From an uncultured Gemmatimonadaceae bacterium (lineage in GTDB: Bacteria; Gemmatimonadota; Gemmatimonadetes; Gemmatimonadales; Gemmatimonadaceae), in contig CAVVTZ010000011.1 in assembly GCA_963751275.1 (NCBI GenBank), positions 64,001 to 128,000 on the forward strand: DNA of 64,000 bases. Direction: 5' to 3'. A program made the translations under genes and the position numbers. This document shows, one piece after another, positions 21,336 through 32,411 of this stretch. The notes under the pieces are model-generated. The model saw only the letters and a list, made by a program, of their open reading frames with translations, did not search any database and was not told the origin of the DNA. How positions within the stretch are numbered: the stretch's first letter is position 1; each line of letters opens with the position of its first letter.

Positions 21336-21365
21336 ACGCCGCCGGCCTCTCGCCGGCGGCGTTCT
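21336..21365 (+). terminator. Hairpin between rpsB and tsf
   Basis: ACGCCGCCGGC-ctctc-GCCGGCGGCGT; weak U tract. Confidence 0.45.
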
Positions 21366-21438
21366 CACGAGGAACCACGCGGCGCCGCCGGCTCGGCCGG
21401 CGCACCGCTTCGCATCACGCCACGGGCGTGCAGGACGA

Positions 21439-22053
21439 ATGGCAATGACGAAGAAGGAATTCACCGCGAAGGACGTGCAGGACCTCCGCCAGCGCACTGG
21501 CGCGGGCATGATGGACGCCAAGAAGGCGCTCACCGAGATGGGCGGCGACATGGACAAGGCCGCCGACCATCTCCGCGCCAAGGGCATCGTGAAGGCCGAG
21601 AAGCGCGCGGGCCGCACCGCGAGCGAGGGCTCGATCGGCCACTACATCCATCACAACGGCAAGGTCGGCGTGATGGTGGAAGTGAACTGCGAGACGGACT
21701 TCGTCGCGCGCACCGATGAGTTCAAGCAGCTGGTGAAGGACCTTGCGATGCACATCGCCAGCGCGGCGCCGATCGCGGTGGACAAGGACGGCGTGTCGGC
21801 CGATCTCGTCGCGCACGAGCGGAAGGTGTACGAGCAGCAGGCGCGGGAGAGCGGCAAGCCCGAGAATCTCCTCGAGAAGATCGTGGAGGGAATGCTCGAC
21901 AAGGGGTTCTACCAAGAAGTCGTGCTCATGTCGCAAAAATGGATCCGCGAGCCGAAGAAGACGATCGGCGACCTCGTGAAGGAGACGTCGGCCAAGCTCG
22001 GCGAGAACGTCGTCGTGAAGCGGTTCGTGCGCTACCAGATGGGCCAGGAGTGA
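21439..22053 (+). CDS. tsf: Elongation factor Ts (short form)
   Basis: LRQRTGAGMMDAKKAL, EVNCETDFVA, LAMHIA. Confidence 0.97.
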   Translation: MAMTKKEFTAKDVQDLRQRTGAGMMDAKKALTEMGGDMDKAADHLRAKGIVKAEKRAGRTASEGSIGHYIHHNGKVGVMVEVNCETDFVARTDEFKQLVKDLAMHIASAAPIAVDKDGVSADLVAHERKVYEQQARESGKPENLLEKIVEGMLDKGFYQEVVLMSQKWIREPKKTIGDLVKETSAKLGENVVVKRFVRYQMGQE

Positions 22054-22781
22054 TCAAGAAGAAGCCGGCGCCGGCGCTGCGCTACCAGCGGGTGCTGCTC
22101 AAGCTGTCCGGGGAAGCGCTCGCCGGAGGGCGGGGCAATGGCTTCGACTTCGCCGTGCTCGACCGTCTCGCGAACGAGATCAAGCTCGTTCGCGAGATGG
22201 GCGTGCGCATCGGCCTCGTGATCGGCGGCGGCAACATCGTGCGCGGGCAATCGCTCTCGCAGATGGGCATGGACCGCGTGGGCGCCGACTACATGGGCAT
22301 GCTCGGCACGATCATCAACGCGCTCGCGCTGCAGGATGTGCTCGAGCGCAAAGGGGTCGAGACGCGCGTGATGACCTCGATCCGGATGGAGGAGATCGCC
22401 GAGCCGTACATCCGCCGGCGCGCACTGCGCCACTTCGAGAAGGGGCTCACGATCATCTTCGCCGGCGGCACCGGCAACCCGTACTTCTCCACCGACACCG
22501 CCGCCGCGCTGCGGGCCATCCAGATGAAGGCCGATGTGATCATCAAGGCCACGAGCGTGGACGGCGTGTATTCCGCCGACCCCAAGAAGGACAAGAAGGC
22601 GAAGCTCTTCGAGGAGATCACGTACCGCGATGTGATCCTGCAGCGGCTCGGCGTGATGGACCAGACGGCGATCACGCTCTGCGACGAGAACAAGCTGCCG
22701 CTGATCGTGCTCAACATTAAACAGGAGGGCGCGGTGGCCGGAGCGATCCGGGGCGACCGCGTCGGGACATTGGTGCGATGA
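22050..22781 (+). CDS. pyrH: UMP kinase
   Basis: LLKLSGEAL, GGGNIVRG, GTGNPYFSTD. Confidence 0.97.
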   Translation: MIKKKPAPALRYQRVLLKLSGEALAGGRGNGFDFAVLDRLANEIKLVREMGVRIGLVIGGGNIVRGQSLSQMGMDRVGADYMGMLGTIINALALQDVLERKGVETRVMTSIRMEEIAEPYIRRRALRHFEKGLTIIFAGGTGNPYFSTDTAAALRAIQMKADVIIKATSVDGVYSADPKKDKKAKLFEEITYRDVILQRLGVMDQTAITLCDENKLPLIVLNIKQEGAVAGAIRGDRVGTLVR

Positions 22782-23332
22782 GCACGATACCGGAGATCCT
22801 CAAGGACTGTCGCGTCTCGATGGACAAGGGGCTCGAAAGCTCCAAACGCGAACTCGCCTCGATCCGCAGCGGTAAGGCCACCACGTCGCTGCTCGACACG
22901 GTGCGCGTGGACGCCTACGGCCAGATGCTGCCGATCTCCCAAGTGGCGAGCGTCGCCGCGCCCGAGCCGCGCCTGCTCGTGGTGACGCCCTGGGACAAGG
23001 GGCTCACGAGCGCGATCGAGAAGGGGATCCGCGAGTCACACCTCGGCCTGGACCCGGCCACGCAGGGCGGGATCATCCGGGTGCCGCTCCCTTCGCTCAA
23101 CGAGGAGCGCCGCAAGGACCTCGTGAAGGTGATCCACAAACTCGCCGAGGAAGGCCGCGTGGCGATCCGCCACGCGCGCACGAACGCCCGCGACGCGCTC
23201 AAGAAGCTCGAGAAGGTGGCCGAGGACGACAAGAAGCACGCCGAGAAGGACCTGCAGAAACTGCACGACGATCATATCGCCAAGATAGACGAGCTGGTGA
23301 AGACGAAAGAAGCGGAACTGATGGAAGTTTGA
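22778..23332 (+). CDS. frr: Ribosome recycling factor
   Basis: IRSGKA, PSLNEERRKDLVK, RVAIRHAR. Confidence 0.97.
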   Translation: MSTIPEILKDCRVSMDKGLESSKRELASIRSGKATTSLLDTVRVDAYGQMLPISQVASVAAPEPRLLVVTPWDKGLTSAIEKGIRESHLGLDPATQGGIIRVPLPSLNEERRKDLVKVIHKLAEEGRVAIRHARTNARDALKKLEKVAEDDKKHAEKDLQKLHDDHIAKIDELVKTKEAELMEV

Positions 23333-23346
23333 GCTAAGGCGGACAA

Positions 23347-23422
23347 GGGAAACGGGATACGGGAAACGGGAGTGAGTGGTCCGTAGAGACCACACGCTCC
23401 CGTTTCCCGTATCCCGTTTCCC
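23347..23422. repeat. Family B heptamer-armed palindrome
   Basis: Perfect 26-bp inverted repeat GGGAAACGGGATACGGGAAACGGGAG plus inner stem GTGGTC/GACCAC. Confidence 0.9.
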
Positions 23423-23483
23423 CTGTGGCAGTTGAAGCCGTTCGTTTGACTTCACCATAGCGCCCCGTCAAATTCAAAAAGCC

Positions 23484-24227
23484 ATGGAAATCGACGAATT
23501 GCTCTCGCGCATCAAGGTCAACGGCAGTATCCCCCGCCACGTCGCCATCATCATGGACGGGAATGGCCGCTGGGCGCGAGAGCGGAATCTGCCGCGCCCC
23601 CTCGGCCACCGGTCGGGGATGAAGGCGGTGCGCGAGGTGGTCGAAGGGTCGATCGAGGCGGGGCTCGAAGTGCTCTCGCTCTTCGCGTTCTCGCAGGAGA
23701 ATTGGCAGCGCCCCGCGATGGAGATCCAGGCGCTCATGTCGCTCCTGGAGGAGTACATCGCGCGCGAAGCGAGCGAGCTGGCGGAGCAGGGGGTGCGCGT
23801 GAAAGTGCTCGGCGACACCGCGCGGCTCACCCCCGCGGCGGGCGCGGCGGCCGCGACGCTCGTGGAGCGCACCGCGCACAACGACCGCCTCACGCTCAAT
23901 CTCTTCATCTCCTATGGCAGCCGCGCCGAGATCGTGCGCGCGGCGCAGCGGATTGCGGAGGATGTTCAGGCCGGCCGGATGCGCCCCGAGGATGTGGACG
24001 AAGAGGCGATCCGTTCGCGGCTGTACACGGCCGACTGCCCCGACCCCGATCTGCTCATTCGCACGTCCGGCGAGCAGCGCATCTCGAACTTCCTGCTCTG
24101 GCAGATGGCCTACGCGGAGCTGTTCATGTCGCCCGTGCTCTGGCCGAACTTCGGCCGCCGCGAGTTGTACGAGGCGATCCTCGATTTCCAGAATCGCGAC
24201 CGCCGGTTCGGGCGCGTCACGGCCTAG
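23484..24227 (+). CDS. uppS: Undecaprenyl diphosphate synthase
   Basis: HVAIIMDGNGRWA, FSQENWQRP, DLLIRTSGEQRISNFLLWQ. Confidence 0.97.
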   Translation: MEIDELLSRIKVNGSIPRHVAIIMDGNGRWARERNLPRPLGHRSGMKAVREVVEGSIEAGLEVLSLFAFSQENWQRPAMEIQALMSLLEEYIAREASELAEQGVRVKVLGDTARLTPAAGAAAATLVERTAHNDRLTLNLFISYGSRAEIVRAAQRIAEDVQAGRMRPEDVDEEAIRSRLYTADCPDPDLLIRTSGEQRISNFLLWQMAYAELFMSPVLWPNFGRRELYEAILDFQNRDRRFGRVTA

Positions 24228-25099
24228 TGGCGCTGTCGAATCTCGCGACGCGCGTGCTCTTCGCGGTCGTCGCGATCCCGGTGATCGGCGCCGCCATCTG
24301 GTTCGGCGGCGGCACGCTCGCGATCCTCATCGCGGTCGCGTCCGCGATTGCCGCGTGGGAGTTCTGCCGGCTCGCGACGGCCGCCGGGTACGCGCCCTTC
24401 ACCGGCGTGACGGTCAGCCTGTCCGGGCTCACGCCGCTGGCGCTCCACGGCTACCTCACCGGGAACTTCGCGCCGCCGGTGCTCTCGCTGGGCGCGATGA
24501 TCGTGCTGTTCTTCCTCGCGGCGTCGCTCTTCCGGCGCGCGCCGGGGCGCCGGCCGCTCGGCGCGGCCGCCGCGAGCGTCTTCGCCATCCTCTATACCGG
24601 CGGGATGCTCTCCTTCGCGTACGCGCTGCGCTATCACGACTACGCGATCGGCGCGCGCGCGGGCACCTCGCTCCTGTTCTATCCGCTCATCATCGCGTGG
24701 GCCACCGACACGGCGGCGTATTTCGCCGGCCGCGCCTTCGGGAAGCGGAAGCTGATGCCCACCGTGAGCCCCGCGAAGACCGTCGCCGGCGCCGTCGGCG
24801 GCATCGTCGCCGCGATGCTCGTGAGCTGGGGCTACATGCAGTGGGTGCTCGTGCCCAACGCGAGCCTCGCGATGATCCCATGGGTGGCGCTTGCGGCCGG
24901 TGCGGCGCTCTCCGTCGCGGCGCAAACGGGCGATCTCGCCGAGTCGCTGCTCAAGCGCGAGGCGGGCGTGAAGGACAGCTCACGCATCATCCCGGGGCAC
25001 GGCGGTGTACTCGACCGGCTCGACAGCCTGCTCTTCGTCATCCCCGCGGCGTATTTCCTGTTCACCTTCCCGCACGTGCTCCTTCCGGTGGTGCGATGA
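24227..25099 (+). CDS. cdsA: Phosphatidate cytidylyltransferase
   Basis: WATDTAAYFAG, SPAKT, GDLAESLLKR, PGHGGVLDRLDS. Confidence 0.96.
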   Translation: MALSNLATRVLFAVVAIPVIGAAIWFGGGTLAILIAVASAIAAWEFCRLATAAGYAPFTGVTVSLSGLTPLALHGYLTGNFAPPVLSLGAMIVLFFLAASLFRRAPGRRPLGAAAASVFAILYTGGMLSFAYALRYHDYAIGARAGTSLLFYPLIIAWATDTAAYFAGRAFGKRKLMPTVSPAKTVAGAVGGIVAAMLVSWGYMQWVLVPNASLAMIPWVALAAGAALSVAAQTGDLAESLLKREAGVKDSSRIIPGHGGVLDRLDSLLFVIPAAYFLFTFPHVLLPVVR

Positions 25100-26226
25100 C
25101 CACGCGCGGCGTCGCCATCCTCGGCTCCACCGGTTCCATTGGCACGACGGCGCTCCGCGTCCTCGCGCGCCATACCGACCGCTTCCACGTGGCGGCGCTC
25201 ACCGCGTTCTCCAACGCGACGCTGCTCGAGGAACAGGCGGCGATCTACCACCCCTCGTTCGTCGGCGTGGTGCGCAACGGCGCGGTGCACCCGGCCGGCT
25301 GGCGCGAGGGAACGGCGTGTCTCGTGGAGGCCGTGCAGCGCGACGACGTTGCGATCGTGCTCAACGCGATCGTCGGCGCCGCGGGGCTCGACGCGACGCT
25401 GGCCGCCGTGCGGGCGGGGAAGCGCGTGGCGCTCGCGAACAAGGAGACGCTCGTGGTCGCCGGCGAGCTGGTGGCCGAGGCGTGCCGGGCCGGCGGCGGC
25501 GAGATCGTGCCGGTGGACAGCGAGCACAGCGCGATCCTGCAGTGCATCGCGGGGCGGCCGGCCACCGACATCCGGCGGTTGCTGCTCACCGCGAGCGGCG
25601 GCCCCTTCCGCGACTGGTCGCGCGAGCGGCTCGAGCGCGCGACGGTGGCCGACGCGCTGCAGCACCCGACGTGGCGCATGGGCCGCAAGATCACGATCGA
25701 CAGCGCGACCCTCGCGAACAAGGCGCTCGAAGTGATCGAGGCGCATTTCCTGTTCGGGCTGCCCTACGACCGCATCGAGATCGTGGTGCATCCGCAGAGC
25801 GTGGTGCATTCGATGGTGGAGTTCGTGGATGGCAGCGTGCTGGCGCAGATGGGCGCGCCGAGCATGGAACTGCCGGTGCTCTACGCGCTCACGCACCCGA
25901 ACCGCGTGGCCGATACCGGCGTGCCGCCCTTCGACCCGGTGGAGTTGTCGCCGCTCACGTTCGAACGGGTCCGGGTGAGCGATTTCCCGGCGCTGCGGCT
26001 GGGCGTCGAGGCGGGGCGCGCCGGCGGTGCGCATCCGGCGATATTCAATGCAGCGAACGAGCAGGCGGTTGCGCTCTTCCTCGAAGGGCGCGCCACGTTC
26101 GGCGACATCCCGCGCGCGATCGCGCGGGCGCTCGAGACACTCAGCGGCTCTCCCGGCGGCTCGCGTGAAGCGCTGCTGGCGGCCGACCAGGAGGCGCGAC
26201 GCGTGGTGCGCGAGGTGTTCACGTGA
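25096..26226 (+). CDS. dxr: 1-deoxy-D-xylulose 5-phosphate reductoisomerase
   Basis: LGSTGSIG, LANKE, PVDSEHSA, TASGGPF, HPTWRMG. Confidence 0.97.
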   Translation: MTTRGVAILGSTGSIGTTALRVLARHTDRFHVAALTAFSNATLLEEQAAIYHPSFVGVVRNGAVHPAGWREGTACLVEAVQRDDVAIVLNAIVGAAGLDATLAAVRAGKRVALANKETLVVAGELVAEACRAGGGEIVPVDSEHSAILQCIAGRPATDIRRLLLTASGGPFRDWSRERLERATVADALQHPTWRMGRKITIDSATLANKALEVIEAHFLFGLPYDRIEIVVHPQSVVHSMVEFVDGSVLAQMGAPSMELPVLYALTHPNRVADTGVPPFDPVELSPLTFERVRVSDFPALRLGVEAGRAGGAHPAIFNAANEQAVALFLEGRATFGDIPRAIARALETLSGSPGGSREALLAADQEARRVVREVFT

Positions 26227-27659
26227 CGGATGTGCTGCGTTCCGCCGGCGCGATCGCGCTGGTCTTCGGACTCGTCGTGTTCATCCACGAGCTCGGGCAT
26301 TTCATTGCCGCGAAGCTCATGGGGGTGTACGCGCCGCGCTTCTCGATCGGCTTCGGCTCCGCGCTCATCAGCCGCAAGTGGGGCGAAACGGAATACATGA
26401 TCGCCGCCGTTCCGCTCGGCGGCTACGTGCGCATGGCGTCGCGCGACGACGAGACGATGGCGTTCATCGAGGGTGGCGCCGAGCAGCCGGTGGCGGAAGG
26501 CGACGCGAAGAAGCCGCGCTTCTGGGATCCGAACGGAATGGCGCCGTTCGGGCCGCATCCCGTGCCGGCCGACCGGTGGTTCGAGTCGAAGAATTTCTTC
26601 GCGCGGTTCTTCATTCTCGTCGCCGGCGTGACGATGAACGTCGTTTTGGGGTTCGTGCTGTTCACGGGACTCGCGAAGGCCGAGGGCCGGCCGATCCTGC
26701 TCACGCACGTCGTGGGCGGCGTGAACGCCCCCGCGTCGATGCCGCAGCTGGCGGCGCTCCAGGCCGGCGACACCATCCTCGCGGTGGGCGCGCGTCCGGT
26801 GGCGAGCTGGAACGATTTCGCGGCGGCGGTGGAATCGCTGCCGGCCGACACGCTCGTCCTGCGCACGCAGCGCGGCACGATCGCGGTGCCGGTGGGCCCG
26901 CCGCTCGATTCGTCCCGCATCCTGCTGATCACCTCGATCGATTACTTCATTCCGCCGGTGATCGACGATGTCATGCCGGGCCAGCCGGCGCAGCGCTCCG
27001 GCCTCGATGGTGGTGACAGTATCGTCGCCGTGAACGGGCGGCCGGTGTTGTCGTGGCGTGAGGTGGTCACGCAGATCGAGGGTTCGCCGGGGAAAGAACT
27101 GCACATGGATGTGATCCGCGCCGGCAAACCGATCGCGCTGGTCATGCGTCCCGACAGCGTGAAGAAGCAGCGCGGCGTGCCGAAACGCGACACGGTGGTC
27201 GGTCAGATCGGCGCGCTCGCGCTCACGCCCACCAGCCAGACACCGCTCGATTGGGGCGGCGCGATCCAGCAGGGCGCGGCGCTCACGTGGAACGCGGGCG
27301 GTCTGGTGCTGCGGTCGCTGCGCCAGCTCGCCACTGGCGGCGCCTCGTTCAAGGAGCTCGGCGGCCCGATCGCGATCGGCGGCGCGGCCGCGCACGCCGC
27401 GAAGCGCGGCTGGGCGGACCTCATCACGCTGCTCGGGCTCCTGAGCATCAATCTCGCGGTGTTCAATCTGCTGCCGGTGCCGCTGCTCGACGGCGGCCAG
27501 ATCGTGGTGCTCGTCGCCGAGCAGGTGAAGGGCGGCGCGCTGAGCCTGCGCACGAAGGAGTACCTGATGCGCGCGGGACTCGCGTTCATTCTCCTGCTGC
27601 TGGCAGTCGTGATGTTCAACGATATCCCGCGCCTCTTCCGGATGTTCATGAAACAATGA
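26223..27659 (+). CDS. rseP: RIP metalloprotease
   Basis: HELGH, PLGGYVRM, PDZ domains, NLLPVPLLDGG. Confidence 0.95.
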   Translation: MTDVLRSAGAIALVFGLVVFIHELGHFIAAKLMGVYAPRFSIGFGSALISRKWGETEYMIAAVPLGGYVRMASRDDETMAFIEGGAEQPVAEGDAKKPRFWDPNGMAPFGPHPVPADRWFESKNFFARFFILVAGVTMNVVLGFVLFTGLAKAEGRPILLTHVVGGVNAPASMPQLAALQAGDTILAVGARPVASWNDFAAAVESLPADTLVLRTQRGTIAVPVGPPLDSSRILLITSIDYFIPPVIDDVMPGQPAQRSGLDGGDSIVAVNGRPVLSWREVVTQIEGSPGKELHMDVIRAGKPIALVMRPDSVKKQRGVPKRDTVVGQIGALALTPTSQTPLDWGGAIQQGAALTWNAGGLVLRSLRQLATGGASFKELGGPIAIGGAAAHAAKRGWADLITLLGLLSINLAVFNLLPVPLLDGGQIVVLVAEQVKGGALSLRTKEYLMRAGLAFILLLLAVVMFNDIPRLFRMFMKQ

Positions 27660-28051
27660 CGCGACGACTCCTGTTCCTGCTCGCCGCGGCGGCGGCCGCG
27701 ACCGCCGCGCTGCCGCATGCCGCGGCCGCGCAGCAGGGTGCGTACCGTTTCGAGATCACCGCGGTGGGCGACAGCACGATCAGCTTCCGCGTGGGCGACG
27801 CGTCGTGGGTGAAGCCGGGAATGACGGGGATCGCGGTGGACCCGACGCACCACGATGCCCTCATCGCGCGCATCGCGGTGCTGCGCGTGAGCGGCTCGCT
27901 CGCCACCGCGGTGGTGACGGGACAAACGGCGCGGCTCACCACCGACTATATGGCGCTGCTGGAGGCGCCATCGAAGCACTGGTACCAGCAGCCGGCCACG
28001 TGGATCGCGGCGGGGGCGGGGATCATACTGGGCGTGGTGATCGCGCACTGA
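27656..28051 (+). CDS. Hypothetical exported protein with C-terminal membrane anchor
   Basis: Signal peptide MTRRLLFLLAAAAAA; start overlaps the rseP stop. Confidence 0.7.
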   Translation: MTRRLLFLLAAAAAATAALPHAAAAQQGAYRFEITAVGDSTISFRVGDASWVKPGMTGIAVDPTHHDALIARIAVLRVSGSLATAVVTGQTARLTTDYMALLEAPSKHWYQQPATWIAAGAGIILGVVIAH

Positions 28052-28070
28052 CTACAACCGCTCACGGCAA

Positions 28071-28200
28071 CTGCCGGGAACCGATTGCCGGGAACCGATG
28101 AAGCATGACAATGCATGGTGTTACGACATCGCGCGGTCGTGATGTTGTAACACCATGCGTGGCCATGCCACACCGGTTCCCGGCAATCGGCTCCCGGTAG
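28071..28200. repeat. Family B-like palindrome (14-mer arms) between convergent genes
   Basis: CTGCCGGGAACCGATTGCCGGGAACCG / CGGTTCCCGGCAATCGGCTCCCGGTAG around an AT-richer stem GCATGGTGTTACGACATC / GATGTTGTAACACCATGC. Confidence 0.88.
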
Positions 28201-28212
28201 TCGCGGTAGCAG

Positions 28213-29769
28213 TTACTTACAGATGAGCCTGACCCGCTCCCGTCTCGTCGTCCCGACCGCAATCGTCGCCGTTCCCCGGAACTCCGCGCAGTACGGCGCC
28301 GTCACGTGCAGCGTGTATCTCCCCACCGGGATCACGAGCGGTTTGAGCTTGCCGACTACGCCATGCGCGAGAACATTGCCATTCGCGCCGGCGAGCATGA
28401 AGTTCGCCGTCGCCGGCAGCGCATCGAGCGAGAAGTACCCGCACTGCTTCGGCGAGACGGATACCGTCGTCGTGCCGCTCGCTGCGACCGTGGTCTTCAG
28501 CTCCTGGCGCGCCGACGCACAGCCGGGGAGCGCGTGCACTGAGGCGGCGATCACGTGCGGGCCCGGCGCCACCGAGTCGCTCTTCCAGCTGCCGCTGCCG
28601 ACCACGGCGCCATCGAGCGTCACCTCCGCACCCGCAGGCGCGCGCACGCGCAGCAGGTGGGCGCCGGACTTGCCGACGGGCGCCGGCGCGGAATCCGACG
28701 CGCTCATCGCGGGCACGCTCACGGTCACCGGGGGCAGGGTGTCGCCCGCCGCGGCGGCAGTGGCCGGCGCGCCGTTGCGCAGCGCATTCACCACGAGTGC
28801 GCCCACGCCGATCACCGCGGCCACGCCCATCGCGATCGCGCCGCGCCGGTAGCTGCGCCAGCGCTTCTTGTTGTGCGTGGTGTCGAACGCGGCGCTGTTG
28901 TCGAGGTCGCCCAGCGAGGCGAGCTGCGCCACCGGCGTGCTCGCGCGGCCGAGCAGCTGCACGAGTTCGGTGCGCAGCGCGTCGCCGGTGGGATACCGGT
29001 CGTCCGGGTTCTTCTGCAGGCACTTGAGGATGATGCGCTCGATCTCATCGGACAACGCGGGATTGAACTCGCGCGGACGCGGCGGCTTGTCCTCCACGTG
29101 CTGGCGCGCGATCTCGTACCAGTCGTCCCCGCGAAAGGGGAGCACGCCGGCGCTCGCGCGGAAGAGCGTCACGCCCAGCGAGTAGATGTCGGCGCGGCCA
29201 TCGAGCGTCTGGCCGCGCGCCTGTTCCGGGGAGAAGTACTGAGGCGTCCCCACCACCATGTTCGTGCCGGTCTGTTCGACATAGTTGCTCACGGCGCGCG
29301 CGATGCCGAAGTCGGCCACGATCGCGTTGCCGTGCTCGTCGAACATGATATTGTCGGTCTTGATGTCGCGGTGGATCACTCCTTCGCGGTGCGCGAACGC
29401 GAGCGCCGCGGCCACGTCCATCCCCATGCGAATGAGCAGCGTCTCGGGCAGCGTGCCCAGCATTTGGAGCCGGCTGTCGAGCCCCGTGGGAAGGAAATCC
29501 ATGACGAAGAACACCGCCGTCCCCTCGCGCCCCACGGCCAGGATCCGGATGATGTTCGGGTGCCGGAGCTTGGCGGCGATCGACGCCTCGTGGCGGAAGC
29601 GCGTCTCGAAGGTCTCCTCGCCCGCGAACTGCGGCTTGAGGACCTTGATGGCCACGGGGATGTCGAGTTCGGGGTCGTACCCCTTGTAGACCCAGGCGAA
29701 GCCGCCGGACCCGACGATGGCATCGACCCGGAAGCGGCCCAGATGGCGTCCCAAGTAGCGATCAGGCAC
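28213..29769 (-). CDS. Hanks-type Ser/Thr protein kinase with TM segment and extracytoplasmic PEGA-like region
   Basis: GSGGFAWVY, VAIKVL, HRDIKTDN, DFGIAR, GTPQYFSPE. Confidence 0.93.
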   Translation of the reverse strand: MPDRYLGRHLGRFRVDAIVGSGGFAWVYKGYDPELDIPVAIKVLKPQFAGEETFETRFRHEASIAAKLRHPNIIRILAVGREGTAVFFVMDFLPTGLDSRLQMLGTLPETLLIRMGMDVAAALAFAHREGVIHRDIKTDNIMFDEHGNAIVADFGIARAVSNYVEQTGTNMVVGTPQYFSPEQARGQTLDGRADIYSLGVTLFRASAGVLPFRGDDWYEIARQHVEDKPPRPREFNPALSDEIERIILKCLQKNPDDRYPTGDALRTELVQLLGRASTPVAQLASLGDLDNSAAFDTTHNKKRWRSYRRGAIAMGVAAVIGVGALVVNALRNGAPATAAAAGDTLPPVTVSVPAMSASDSAPAPVGKSGAHLLRVRAPAGAEVTLDGAVVGSGSWKSDSVAPGPHVIAASVHALPGCASARQELKTTVAASGTTTVSVSPKQCGYFSLDALPATANFMLAGANGNVLAHGVVGKLKPLVIPVGRYTLHVTAPYCAEFRGTATIAVGTTRRERVRLICK

Positions 29770-29872
29770 GGAGGGGAGACTTTACAGGGAAGGCCAAGGG
29801 GAGTAAATTCCTATGCTACAACGGATTCGGCGCACAACGCGCAGTGGAAATACCGGCGGAGAAATTCGAGTT

Positions 29873-30133
29873 ATGGCGTTCGAAAAAGCAGCGCTCATCG
29901 AGAAGCATCGTACCCACGAGACGGACAGCGGCTCCACGAAACTGCAGGTCGCGCTTCTGACCGAGCGGATCAATTACCTGACGGAGCACTTCCGCGCCCA
30001 CAAGAAGGACAACCACGGCCGCCGCGGGCTGCTCAAGATGGTCGGCAAACGCCGCCGTCTTCTCGACTACATGAAGCGGACCGACGTGACGGGATACCGG
30101 AAGCTCATCGACGAGCTTGGTCTCCGCCACTAA
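29873..30133 (+). CDS. rpsO: 30S ribosomal protein S15
   Basis: [31 protein letters not shown]. Confidence 0.97.
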   Translation: MAFEKAALIEKHRTHETDSGSTKLQVALLTERINYLTEHFRAHKKDNHGRRGLLKMVGKRRRLLDYMKRTDVTGYRKLIDELGLRH

Positions 30134-30151
30134 TCCACCGGCCTTTAGGCC

Positions 30152-30188
30152 AGCGCGCGGGCGCACCATGCGGTCCCCGCGCGCTTTT
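30152..30188 (+). terminator. Intrinsic terminator after rpsO
   Basis: GCGCGCGGG...CCCGCGCGC followed by TTTT. Confidence 0.6.
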
Positions 30189-30214
30189 GCACATTCCTGA
30201 GACGAGAACACGAA

Positions 30215-32411
30215 ATGCAGCGCATTGAAACGGAATTCGCCGGACGGCAAGCTCATCATCGAGACCGGCCGAATGGCCAAGCAGGCCGCCGGCTCCGCCT
30301 CGTCCAATTCGGCGAAACCATGGTGCTCGCCGCCGTCACGGTCAGCGACAACGCTCAGTCATCTTCCGTTCTTCCCCTTGACGGTCGAGTACAAGGAAAA
30401 GACCTACGCCGCGGGCAAGATCCCCGGCGGCTTCATCAAGCGCGAAGGGCGTCCGCACGACGACGAGATCCTCTCCGCGCGCATCATCGACCGCTCGATC
30501 CGTCCGCTCTTCCCGGAAGGCTTCAAGAACGAAGTCCAGGTCTTCGTCTACGTCGTCTCCGCCGACCAGCAGAACGACGCCGACGTGCCGTCGCTCCTCG
30601 CGACGTCGTTCGCGCTGAACGCCTCCAAGATCCCCTTCAGCCAGCCCCATCGCCGGCGTCCGCGTCGGCCGCGTGCGGAAGGGAAGTGGGCCATTCAACC
30701 CGACGTTCCAGCAGCTCGAGTACACCGACATGGATCTCATCATCACCGGGTCGCAAGGACTCGATCGTGATGGTCGAGGGCGGCGCGCTCGAAGTGACGG
30801 AAGAGGACGTCGTCGACGGCATCACGCTCGCGCACAAGTCGATCCAGGAACTGATCGCGCATGCAGGAATGAGCTCCTCGAATCAGCACCGCGCCCCCAA
30901 GATGGACTGGATGAAGGCCGCGCCCTCCGCAGAGCTCGTGGCCAGGTCGCGCTCCTCGTCCAAGGAGCACGATTCGCACCGCGATCAACCAGAAGGACAA
31001 GCACGCGCGCATTCGAGGCGGTCGAGGCCGTGAAGAAGGAAGTGATCACGGCCGCTCACGATCGAGTTCCCGCGAGAGCACCAAGGACATCGGCAATCTC
31101 GTCGGCGACATCGAGTACAACGACTGCGCGCCCAGGTGCTCGACACCGGACGAGCGCGTCGACGGCCGCAAGCCGAACGAGGTGCGGCCGATCACGATCG
31201 AGACCGGCATCCTGCCGCGCGCCCACGGCTCCGCGCTCTTCACGCGCGGCCAGACGCAGGCGCTCGTCGCCGTCACGCTCGGCACCGCCAACGACGTGCA
31301 GCGCATCGACTCGATCGATGAGACCGGCGAGACCACGAAGTCGTTCATGCTCCACTACAACTTCCCGCCGTTCTCCACCGGCGAAGTGCGTCCGATGCGC
31401 GGCACCAGCCGCCGCGAGATCGGCCACGGCAATCTGGCCGAGCGCGCGATCCAGGCGCTGCTGCCGCACGATCGAGGAGTTCCCGTACACGATTCGCATC
31501 GTGACCGACATGCTCGAGTCGAACGGCTCGTCGCTCGATGGCGTCGGTCTGCGGCGGCTCGCTCGCGCTGTTCGATGCCGGCGTGCCGATCCGGGCGCGG
31601 TCGCCGGCGTCGCGATGGGACTCATCAAGGAAGGCAAGCAAGTACGCGATCCTCACCGACATCCTCGGCACCGAGGACCACCTCGGCGACATGGACTTCA
31701 AGGTCGCCGGCACGGAGCCGGGGATCACGTCGATCCAGATGGACATCAAGATCGAGGGCCTCGATCTCCAGATCATGACGCGAGGCGCTCGCGCAGGCGA
31801 AGGAAGGCCGCCTGCACATCCTGGGCGAGATGGACGAAGGCGCTGCCGGCAGCCGCGCGCGGAGCTGTCGCCGTGCGCGCCGCGCATCGTGACGGTGAAG
31901 ATCAACCCCGAGAAGATCGGCGACCTGATCGGACCGAAGGGCAAGACGATCCGCGGGATCCAGGACGAGACGGGCGCGGAGCTCACGGTCGACGACACCG
32001 GCGTCGTGACGATCGCCGCGGTCGGCGCGGAAGCGATGGAGCGCGCGAAGCAGATGGTGCGGCGCTCACGGTGGAGCCGGAGATCGGCGCGATCTACGAG
32101 GGCACCGTCAAGAGCACGACGGCGTTCGGCGCGTTCGTCGAGATCATGCCGGGCACCGAAGGACTGGTGCACATCTCCGAGCTGGCGTGCGGCCGCACCG
32201 AGAAGACCGAAGACGTCGTGAAGCGCGGCGACACGTGCGGGTGAAGGTGATCGACCGCGATGAGCGCGGGAAGATGCGCCTGTCGATGAAGGCGCTGATT
32301 CCGAAGCCCGAGGGGATGCCGGACGAGCCCGAGCGCGCGCCGCGCCCGCGCCGCGAAGATGGCGAGCGCAGCAGCAGCCGTCCCAGGAGCGGAGGCCGCG
32401 ACCGGCGGTGA
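30215..32411 (+). CDS. pnp: Polynucleotide phosphorylase (many frameshifts)
   Basis: [51 protein letters not shown] and S1 domains. Confidence 0.95.

Noticed and set aside
21439..22053. Short EF-Ts as a truncation
   Set aside because: EF-Ts of about 200 aa is a known natural form in several phyla
29800..29872. rpsO (S15) autoregulatory leader
   Set aside because: Plausible by position, but I could not identify a convincing structure
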